Origin: Candidatus Fervidifonticultor quintus
GTDB lineage: Bacteria; Sysuimicrobiota; Sysuimicrobiia; Sysuimicrobiales; Humicultoraceae
Reading direction: 5' to 3'
DNA: 17,204 bases
Assembly (NCBI GenBank): GCA_031459535.1
Contig: JAVKIJ010000071.1
Location: 1 to 17,204 of the forward strand
Made by a program: the position numbers and the translations under genes. The notes beneath the pieces are model-generated. The model was not told where the DNA came from and did no database searches. It was given only the letters and a program-made list of their open reading frames with translations. Shown in pieces: positions 1 to 7,202 of the stretch. Positions within the stretch are counted from its first letter, which is position 1, and each line of letters begins with the position of its first letter.

Positions 1-229
1 CCTGGTAGGCCTGTTCCGCATCGAAGTCGACCACTTCCAGGCCCAGGGGCTCGAGCGTGGTCCGAATCTCCTCCTCGGACATCCCGGCGTCGGCAAGCTT
101 GGCGACGACTTCGGAGAGGTTGACCGCGCTGATGGCGGCGTCTCCAACGGCGGTCTCCCAGCGCTCGACACCGGGTTCGCCCTGCAACAGCGCGAGCAGC
201 GCGGAGGCATCGAGGACGAGATTACTCAC
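1..229 (-). CDS. vapC: PIN-domain (VapC-type) toxin, 3' end runs off the window
   Basis: Not in the ORF track. Manual translation from GTG at 229 gives MSNLVLDASALLALLQGEPG...AAISAVNLSEVVAKL..., with the PIN N-terminal VLDAS motif and conserved E. It overlaps the upstream antitoxin stop by 8 bp. Confidence 0.92.
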   Translation of the reverse strand, partial: MSNLVLDASALLALLQGEPGVERWETAVGDAAISAVNLSEVVAKLADAGMSEEEIRTTLEPLGLEVVDFDAEQAYQ

Positions 230-461
230 GCGCAGACTCTGCCCTGCGCTCGGAGATGAGTTCACGGGCCAGGGAACGTCCGGGACCTGCGTAGCGGCGA
301 ACGAGGTTGCGCGCGTGCGCCAGCGCCTGCCTGGGCGTGAGGATCCGCAGCTCTCCCCCTTCGACCCTGAGCATCACTTCGTCCCCCGAGCGGAGGCCGA
401 GGAGCCGCCGATACATGGCGGGGATGACCAACCTCCCTCCTCGTCCGATACGTGTCTTCAT
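222..461 (-). CDS. AbrB/MazE/SpoVT-family antitoxin (VapB)
   Basis: MKTRIGRGGRLVIPAMYRRLLGLRSGDEV is the swapped-hairpin AbrB signature, and the gene is coupled to the PIN gene. The start may be ATG 461 or GTG 497. Confidence 0.9.
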   Translation of the reverse strand: MKTRIGRGGRLVIPAMYRRLLGLRSGDEVMLRVEGGELRILTPRQALAHARNLVRRYAGPGRSLARELISERRAESARE

Positions 462-469
462 TTCATTCT

Positions 470-539
470 TGTGACATTCGACGGATCTTTGTGTCACACT
501 TACTTAATAGTGGCATAGACCGAGCCTTGTGTCAATGCC
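470..539 (-). promoter_or_regulatory. Sigma70-type promoter of the AbrB-VapC operon with two operator-like inverted repeats
   Basis: Minus strand TTGACA (535-530), 17 bp, then TGc-CACTAT (512-507). Inverted repeats: GGCATAGAC-N10-GTCAATGCC (512-539, 1 mismatch) and TGTGACA-N15-TGTCACA (470-498). Confidence 0.7.
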
Positions 540-666
540 GTTTTGGCTCAGGTCAGGTGTTCTACGTTCTATCTGGAGGCCGCTGAAGCGGCGGTAGCCT
601 CGGTTAGATCTGCAAGCCTTCGCCCGTCGCCTCCGCTCTCCGGCGTAGGGTGAAGGCCGGGCTTCC

Positions 667-1908
667 ATGGCGAGGATTCTTCTCTTCAACCAGTACTTCC
701 CCCCAGATAGCGCGGCCACCGCGCGGGTGGCGGCCTTTGTCGCCGGCACCCTGGCAGAGCGGCATCAGGTGACGGTCCTCGCCGGCCGGCCGTCCTATGA
801 CCCCGCCGAGCGCCACCCGGCCTACCTGCTCCGCCGGGAGCGAGGGGACGGCGTGGTCGTCGAGCGGGTCGGCTCCACCGCCTTCCCGCGCCGCCGCATG
901 GCCTGGCGGCTGGTCAACTACCTCACCTACCTGGCGCTGGCGGTGCCCCGCGCCCTCATGCTGCGGGCCGACCTTGTCCTGGCCATGACCGACCCGCCGG
1001 TGACCGGGATCGCCGGGGCGCTGGTGGCGGCGGTGCGCCGGCGGCGCTTCGTCTACAACGTCCAGGACCTCTACCCTGACATGGCGGTGGCCGGAGGCCT
1101 GCTGCACCCAGGGCCGTGGACGGCGGTGTGGGACCGGCTGCACCGCTGGGCTCTGCGCCGCGCAGACCGGGTCATCGTGCTGGGCGACGACATGCGCGAC
1201 CGGCTGGTGGCGAAGGGTGTCACGCCCGAGCGCATCGCTGTCGTGCGCGACGGTGGTCCGCCGCCAGCGGCGGTGCCAGCGAACCGCGATCATCCGGTAG
1301 TGCGCGCGGTGCGGGGCCCTTACCGCTTCGTCGTGCTGCACGCCGGCAACGTGGGGTTCGCCGGGGCCTGGCAGACGCTCACCCGAGCCGCGGCGCTGCT
1401 GGACGGGGCGGGGGCCGGGCTCGTCTTCGTGGGCGACGGCGCGGCCGCAACCACCATCGATCGCGCGGCAGAGGCGCTACCGCATGTGCGCCGCCTGCCG
1501 TTTCGCCCGGCGTCCGAGGTGCCCTATGTACTCGCCGCGGCCGACCTCCATGTCGTCACGGTGCGGCGGGGCCTGGACGGGGTCGTGGTCCCAAGCAAGC
1601 TCTACGCCGTCCTGGCGGCCGGACGGCCGGTGCTGGCCGTTGCCCCGGAGTCGAGCGATGTCGTTCGCATCGTCCGACAGCACGGGTGCGGCTTCGTGGC
1701 CGACCCCGACGACCCTGTTGCGGTGGCAGCCGCGGTGCGGCAGGCCATGGCGTCACCGGACCTGCTGGAGACCATGGGCCGCCGGGCGCTGACCGCGGCG
1801 GCAGACTTCGAGCAGTCCGTCCAGCTGGCGCGGTTCGTGGAGGTCGTGGAGGAGGTGCTGGCCTCGCCTACGTCGAGGCGGGGCTGGCCTGAAGGGAGAG
1901 GGCGATGA
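667..1908 (+). CDS. Glycosyltransferase family 4 (WcaI/WbuB-like)
   Basis: 413 aa with NQYFPPD, YNVQDLYPD, HAGNVG and VPSKLYAVLAAGRPV motifs (GT-B fold). Confidence 0.92.
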   Translation: MARILLFNQYFPPDSAATARVAAFVAGTLAERHQVTVLAGRPSYDPAERHPAYLLRRERGDGVVVERVGSTAFPRRRMAWRLVNYLTYLALAVPRALMLRADLVLAMTDPPVTGIAGALVAAVRRRRFVYNVQDLYPDMAVAGGLLHPGPWTAVWDRLHRWALRRADRVIVLGDDMRDRLVAKGVTPERIAVVRDGGPPPAAVPANRDHPVVRAVRGPYRFVVLHAGNVGFAGAWQTLTRAAALLDGAGAGLVFVGDGAAATTIDRAAEALPHVRRLPFRPASEVPYVLAAADLHVVTVRRGLDGVVVPSKLYAVLAAGRPVLAVAPESSDVVRIVRQHGCGFVADPDDPVAVAAAVRQAMASPDLLETMGRRALTAAADFEQSVQLARFVEVVEEVLASPTSRRGWPEGRGR

Positions 1909-2948
1909 CGGTGCGCGTCGTGGTCACCGGGGCCGGCGGATTCATCGGGCACCACCTGGTGCGCTACCTGGTGGACCGGGGCTGCTGGGTGCGGGGAGCG
2001 GACATCAAGGCTCCCGAGTTCGAACCCACCGCGGCGCACGAGTTCCTGCGGGCCGACCTGCGCGACCATGCCGCCTGTGCGTCCGCCGTGCGTGGGGTGG
2101 ACGAAGTCTACCACCTCGCCGCAGATATGGGCGGCATCGGCTACATCACCGCCTACCACGCTCAGGTCGCCCGCAACTCGGCGCTCATCAACCTGCATAT
2201 GCTCGAGGCGGCGCGTCAGGCCGGCGTGCGCCGCTTCCTCTTTCTCCTCGTCGGCCTGCGTCTACCCCCGCTACCGGCAGGAGAGCCCCGACGTCACGCC
2301 GCTGCGGGAGGAGGACGCCTGGCCTGCTGACCCCGAGCCCGGGTACGGCCTGGAGAAACTCTTCGCCGAGGAGCTGTGCCGGTACTACCGCCAGGACCAC
2401 GGCCTGGAGACGCGCATCGTCCGCTTCCACAACGTCTACGGCCCGCTCGGCACCTACGAGGGCGGGAAGGAAAAGGCGCCCGCGGCCATTTGCCGCAAGG
2501 CGGCCCTCGCTCGTGACGGCGACGAGATCAGGGTCTGGGGAGACGGCCGCCAGACGCGCTCCTCCATGTACGTGGACGACTGCGTCGAGGGGATCTGGCG
2601 CCTCATGCGCTCCGACTACCCGAACCGCTCAACCTGGGCACCGACCGGCTGGTGACGGTGGACGAGCTGGTGGACATCGTCTGCCGCATCGCCGGCAAAC
2701 AGTCGCGCAAGCGTCACGACCCGAGCAAGCCGCAGGGGGTGCGCGGCCGCAACAGCGACAACACGCGGCTGCGGCAGGTGCTGGGGTGGGAGCCCCAGGT
2801 CCCGCTGGAGGAGGGGCTGGCGCGGACCTACCTGTGGATCGAGGGGGAGCTGCGCCGGGCAGGGCGCCTGCCAGGGGAGCAGGCAGTGCCTGCACCTGAA
2901 GCGCTCCCGGCTCCGACCCTGCGGAGTTCGCCCGCCATTGGCCCTTGA
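1905..2948 (+). pseudogene. NAD-dependent epimerase, GDP-mannose 3,5-epimerase-like; two single-base frameshifts (real lesions or sequencing error)
   Basis: TGAGGFIG, HLAADMGGIGYI, SSACVYP, YGLEK and EKAPAAICRK motifs are spread over three ORF pieces. One extra T at 2241-2243 and one missing base at 2619-2622 account for the breaks. ATGA overlap with the GT4 gene. Confidence 0.85.
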
Positions 2949-2949
2949 A

Positions 2950-2979
2950 CTCCACGCGGCTGCAGGCTGCGTGGTGGAG
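2950..2979. terminator. GC-rich hairpin between convergent genes, possible terminator
   Basis: CCACGCGGC-TGCAG-GCTGCGTGG stem (one G-U pair), flanked by CTCCA/TGGAG. No clear U-tract. Confidence 0.35.
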
Positions 2980-2988
2980 ACCTAAAAG

Positions 2989-3354
2989 TCAGCGACGCGC
3001 GAGCAGGATGCCGCGGTCGATAGCCGCCCTGGCCAGCGGGATGCGCTCCGCCTCCTCGCGCGTGTAGCAGAACAGCTCGACGGGCATGCCGATTCCCGAG
3101 AAATACCGCGAGAACTGTTCGGCACGATCCAGGACGCGCCGCTGGCTTCGCTCCAGGAGGATGAGGAGGTCGGCGTCGCTGCCCGGCACGGCCCGATCCT
3201 CGGACAGGGAGCCAAAGAGGTATACGGCGGCGACGTGCCCCTGCTCGGCCAGCAACCTTTCGGCCGCCGCCCGCAACCGGGCCAGCGCCTCACCGCTGTT
3301 GAGCCAGAAGACCTTCACAGAATCGTAGGATCGACTCTGCACAACGGAGCGCAT
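2989..3354 (-). CDS. Minimal nucleotidyltransferase (MNT) antitoxin
   Basis: VYLFGS-LSEDRAVPGS-DAD is an exact GSx10DxD motif. About 121 aa from ATG 3354, overlapping the HEPN gene by 65 bp. Start uncertain. Confidence 0.9.
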   Translation of the reverse strand: MRSVVQSRSYDSVKVFWLNSGEALARLRAAAERLLAEQGHVAAVYLFGSLSEDRAVPGSDADLLILLERSQRRVLDRAEQFSRYFSGIGMPVELFCYTREEAERIPLARAAIDRGILLARR

Positions 3355-3688
3355 GCCCGGCGTCCTCCTGCGTGAAGTAGTCCTTGGGGCTGCCTCTGTC
3401 CCAGCTATTCGGATATCGGGCGGGGATGTAGAAGCGGTCCAGCAGCCTCCCGCAGGCCAGGAGCTCGTCGGCGACGGGAACCTTCTCCCGCAGGCCTTCG
3501 AGCAGGGGGCCGAGGGCGTGCCCCCAGGCCTCGCCGCCGAGCTTCTGGTAGGCGGCCTTGACGGCCTTCTCTGCCGCCTGCTGGCTGATGAAGCAGGCCC
3601 ACTCGAAGAACCCGCCCTCCGCCTGGAGGCGCGCGCTCTCCAGGTCCCTCCGCGCCTGCTCCACCCAGTCTCGGCTGCGCTCGGCCAT
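3290..3688 (-). CDS. HEPN domain protein (COG2250-like)
   Basis: [32 protein letters not shown] and YIPARYPN motifs. ATG 3688 has a purine-rich upstream stretch. Confidence 0.92.
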   Translation of the reverse strand: MAERSRDWVEQARRDLESARLQAEGGFFEWACFISQQAAEKAVKAAYQKLGGEAWGHALGPLLEGLREKVPVADELLACGRLLDRFYIPARYPNSWDRGSPKDYFTQEDAGHALRCAESILRFCEGLLAQQR

Positions 3689-3831
3689 GTGGTGTCCCCG
3701 CCTCGTCCCGGATGCGACCGACGCAGAATGCTGTGCTGCAATCACTATACCCACTCGCTACCCGCCTGCCCAGGGTCCTGCACATGGACAGGCGCGTGAT
3801 CGACCATGAGTGCATTCCGGAGGTGACTGGC

Positions 3832-4861
3832 GTGGACAGCCTGCAGCGTGTCCTCATCACAGGTGGGGCGGGCTTCCTGGGCAGTCATTTGTGCGACCGG
3901 CTGCTGGAGCGGGGGTGCGAGGTGTGGTGCCTGGACAACCTCCTCACCGGCGCCGAGCGCAACATTGCCCACCTGCTGGGCCACCCGCGCTTCCGCTTCA
4001 TCCGCTACGACGTCTGCGAGTACATGTACATCGAGGAGCCGGTGGACGCGGTGCTGCACTTCGCCTCGCCGGCCAGCCCCAAGGACTACCTGGAGTATCC
4101 CATCCACACGCTGAAGGTGGGAGCCTTTGGCACCCACAAGGCCCTGGGGCCTGGCGCGGGCCAAGGGGGCTCGGTTCCTGTTGGCCAGCACCTCCGAGGT
4201 CTACGGCGACCCCCTGGTGAACCCGCAGCCTGAGACCTACTGGGGCAACGTCAGCCCCATCAGCCCGCGGGGCGTCTACGACGAGGCCAAGCGCTTCGCC
4301 GAGGCCATGACCATGGCCTACCACCGCTACCACGGTCTGGACACCCGGATCGTGCGCATCTTCAACACTTACGGGCCGCGGATGCGGCCCCAGGATGGGC
4401 GGGTGATCTCCACCTTCATTACGCAGGCGCTGGCAGGGCGACCCCTCACCGTGCACGGCGACGGCACCCAGACCCGCAGCTTCTGCTACGTGGACGACAT
4501 GGTGGAAGGGATTCTCGGGGTGCTGTTCTGTGCGTCGGACCGCCCGCCCGAGCAGCGCACGGACCGGACGTTCCTGTACACCAACAACGAGCACGAGGAC
4601 TCCATCCACCACCCCATCAACCTGGGCAACCCGGAGGAGCACAGCGTGCTGGAGATCGCCCGGCTGGTGCTGGAGGTAACGGGCAGCCCCAGCGCCGTGG
4701 AGTTCCACCCGCGGCCGGTGGACGACCCCCGGGTGCGGCGGCCGGATATCCGCCGGGCGCAGCGGCTACTGGGGTGGTCACCGCGCGTGGGGTTGCGGGA
4801 CGGGCTTGCCCGGACGGTGGTGTATTTCCAGGTGCGGCTGGAGCGCCCCGCGGTGGTATAG
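3832..4861 (+). pseudogene. UDP-glucuronate decarboxylase (Uxs)-like SDR; one +1 frameshift (real lesion or sequencing error)
   Basis: GGAGGTG RBS then GTG 3832. Motifs [35 protein letters not shown] and [10 protein letters not shown]. Removing one G from GGGG 4146-4149 gives ...[15 protein letters not shown].... Confidence 0.88.
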
Positions 4862-4911
4862 CGTCTGGTGGAGGCTACTCGCGAGCCCTGCGACCGCGGG
4901 ACTCCCGACGA

Positions 4912-5067
4912 TCACCTGCGTTCGAGGCCAAGTGCTTTCCGCAGGGCCTCCCACTCCTGCTCGTCAACCGCCAGGCTAATGATGTCGCCCGTGATCCGTC
5001 CGGTGCTCCGGGAGGAGCCCAGCCAGGAAGGCGGCCTGGAGGGTGGCGGTGGAGGGACGAATACCAT
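4912..5067 (-). pseudogene. C-terminal fragment resembling a Phd/YefM-family antitoxin
   Basis: VPPPPPSRPPSWLGSSRSTGRITGDIISLAVDEQEWEALR resembles the C-terminal half of prevent-host-death antitoxins. The N-terminal DNA-binding part and the partner toxin are absent. Recognised from memory only. Confidence 0.5.
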
Positions 5068-5098
5068 GGTCAATGTCCATGCGGCCCGAGGAATGGCA

Positions 5099-5444
5099 TC
5101 ACGGACGGCGGAAGGCCCGTGGGTCAAGGCGCCGGACCTCGGGCACGGTGTCGAAGTGGGCGTCTGCCGGAGCGATCTCCCCGATGCCGTGCCGGAGCAT
5201 GATCGCGAGGTGGATCAGGTCGCGAGGGCTCAGGCGCGAGTATCTGTCGGCCAGATCTCGGGCCTGGCGCACGTGCATCTCGTCAACGGGAAGGGGGCGC
5301 CCCGCCATGAGGCGGGTGAAGGCATTGAAGATCGATGGCACCATTGACCACTGCGTCGACCACGCGCCGGGCCGGCTCCACGAGGGGATGGTTGGAACCT
5401 GCGGCGTACATGGGGATGTTCGCGTCGACGAAGACGGGCGGCAC
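5099..5444 (-). pseudogene. vapC: VapC/PIN toxin with internal deletion and frameshift
   Basis: GTG 5444 reads MPPVFVDANIPMYAAGSNHPLVEPARRVVDAVVNGAID (38 aa). At about 5331 it switches frame to IFNAFTRLM...SPRDLIHLAIM...ADAHFD (77 aa). The middle EVLQE-type helix is missing. Confidence 0.85.
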
Positions 5445-5447
5445 GGC

Positions 5448-5696
5448 TCAGTCCGCTCGGGCTCGGGCTTCGGCGATCTCCTGTTCCATGCGGGGCCAGT
5501 CGGCGACGGGTGCGCCGACCCGGAACAGCGCTTGGGCAGCCTGCAGCCGCGCTTCCCGGTTGTGCTGAAGCCTGGCCTCGATCGCCTCGCGCACGAGACG
5601 GGCCACCGACGTGCCGCGCCGGTCCGCCTCCTCGCGCAGCATCTTCAGCGTGTGGGCCGGCACCCTGATTTCCAACCGTTCTGTCAGCTGGGACAT
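5448..5696 (-). CDS. Ribbon-helix-helix (CopG-like) antitoxin
   Basis: ERLEIRVP...LREEADRRGTSVARLVREAIE is an RHH pattern. GGGGAG RBS. Its stop lies 3 bp before the vapC start. Confidence 0.85.
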   Translation of the reverse strand: MSQLTERLEIRVPAHTLKMLREEADRRGTSVARLVREAIEARLQHNREARLQAAQALFRVGAPVADWPRMEQEIAEARARAD

Positions 5697-5827
5697 ATGG
5701 CAGGCTCCCCAGTCAAGTTATCAAAATGGGTATTGCCGATATTCAAGCACGGTTCCGGCTACGGATACTGTCTTACGGATAACCACGGGCACCGACAATG
5801 CGTCCCTGGGAGGGTGGTCATTCCCGC

Positions 5828-6032
5828 CTCGACCAGATCGGGGGCGCCCTGGATGGCTTGGTCGGTGACGACGCCGAGCCGCCCGGCGGTGACGTAGACC
5901 AGGTCGGGCTGGACCACGTCGACCTCGCTCAAGACCACGTCGACGGGGGACGGGAAGACTTCGCCGAGGGCATGGCGCCTGACCCATTCGCAGGTAGTCC
6001 CGGTAGGTGAGCACGAGCTTCCCGCGTCCCAT
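5828..6032 (-). pseudogene. Uma2/DUF820-family endonuclease remnant
   Basis: ATG 6032 gives MGRGKLVLTYRDYL, then a frame switch at about 5990 to EWVRRHALGEVFPSPVDVVLSEVDVVQPDLVYV...IQGAPDLVE. The YELIDG/H segment and the C-terminus (ILSPS...EYWIVD) are absent. Confidence 0.85.
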
Positions 6033-6179
6033 ACTCTGCACCCTCGGGCCAGAGCATAACACGCTGCTGTCCGTGGCCATTCCATGTCCCGTACGCCGCT
6101 CGCAACGGTCCACATCGGTTATCGGCGTGCTATGGGCCTTATACGGGGATCCCGGTGCCTGCAGCGAGGAGGTGTCCGG

Positions 6180-7202
6180 ATGACAGCCCTCATCACCGGT
6201 GGCGCGGGCTTCATTGGCTCCCACCTGGCCGAGGCGCTGTTGGCCCGCGGCCAGGAGGTGGTGGCCCTCGACGACCTCTCCACGGGCAGCCGGCAGAACA
6301 TCCTCCACCTAATGCGCCGCCCGGGGTTCGAGTTCGTGCTGGGCTCGATCATGGACGCGGCCGCGGTCGAGGAGGCGGTGCGGGCGACGGACGCCGTCTA
6401 CCACCTGGGGGCGGCGGTGGGGGTGCGGCTGGTGTTCGAGCAGCCGGTGCGCACCATGGAGACCAACGTGCGGGGCACGCAGCACGTCCTGGACGCCTGT
6501 CTGCGCCACGGGCGGAAGGTCTTCGTCGCCTCCACCTCCGAGGTCTACGGCAAGGACGTGCACAACGGCACGGGCCGGTTCCGCGAGGACGACGACATCA
6601 CGATCGGGCCGTCGATCCGCTGGTGCTACGCCACCAGCAAAGCGCTGGATGAGTTCATGGCACGGGCCTACGCCGCCGACAAGGGGCTGCCGGTGGTGAT
6701 CGGCCGCTACTTCAATACGGTGGGCCCGCGCCAGTCGTCGGCCTACGGCATGGTGCTGCCGCGGTTCGTTGAGCAGGCGCTGGCGGGGCGGCCGATTACG
6801 GTCTACGGCGACGGCCAGCAGGTGCGGTCGTTCTCGTGGGTCGGTGATGTCGTTGAGGCCACGGTCCGCCTGATGGAGGCGCCGGCAGCCGAGGGCCAGG
6901 TGTTCAACATCGGCTCCGACGAGCCTGTGACGGTGCTCGAGCTGGCCCATCGCGTGCGCGGGCGGACGGGGTCGGCCTCGCCCATTGTGCATGTTCCCTA
7001 CGAAGAAGCCTACGGCCCGGGATTCGAGGACATCCGCTACCGGGTGCCCGATCTGACGAAGCTGCGCGCGTTCATTGGATTCACGCCCACGCTGGGGCTC
7101 GACGAGATCATCGACCGCGTGGTGGCCTACACCCGGGAGCGCCTGGCGGCCGGGGCGGGCTCGGCGGCCGCCTCGCTTCGCGAGCCGCACACAACGTGGT
7201 AG
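6180..7202 (+). CDS. NAD-dependent nucleotide-sugar epimerase/dehydratase (extended SDR)
   Basis: GAGGAGGTG RBS before ATG 6180. Motifs [25 protein letters not shown] and RYFNTVGPRQ. Confidence 0.93.
   Translation: MTALITGGAGFIGSHLAEALLARGQEVVALDDLSTGSRQNILHLMRRPGFEFVLGSIMDAAAVEEAVRATDAVYHLGAAVGVRLVFEQPVRTMETNVRGTQHVLDACLRHGRKVFVASTSEVYGKDVHNGTGRFREDDDITIGPSIRWCYATSKALDEFMARAYAADKGLPVVIGRYFNTVGPRQSSAYGMVLPRFVEQALAGRPITVYGDGQQVRSFSWVGDVVEATVRLMEAPAAEGQVFNIGSDEPVTVLELAHRVRGRTGSASPIVHVPYEEAYGPGFEDIRYRVPDLTKLRAFIGFTPTLGLDEIIDRVVAYTRERLAAGAGSAAASLREPHTTW

Noticed and set aside
2989..3741. 250-aa MNT as given in the ORF track
   Set aside because: The N-terminal 129 aa is low-complexity out-of-frame HEPN sequence. 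The MNT domain starts near 3354.
4862..4915. Possible C-terminal scrap of a VapC after the Phd-like fragment (IVGSPAVAGLAS)
   Set aside because: Too short and too weak to support without a search.
5043..5897. 284-aa plus-strand ORF across the decayed TA cluster
   Set aside because: It is antisense to recognisable minus-strand genes, with no RBS or motif.
6084..6179. N-terminal extension of the epimerase (likewise 3712-3831 and 14875-14946)
   Set aside because: Strong RBSs and family N-termini support the downstream starts at 6180, 3832 and 14874.
2940..6180. Integron cassette array explanation for the antisense TA modules
   Set aside because: I found no RYYYAAC...GTTRRRY attC pairs or shared boundary motif by eye, and there is no integrase in the window. 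IntegronFinder would be the formal test.
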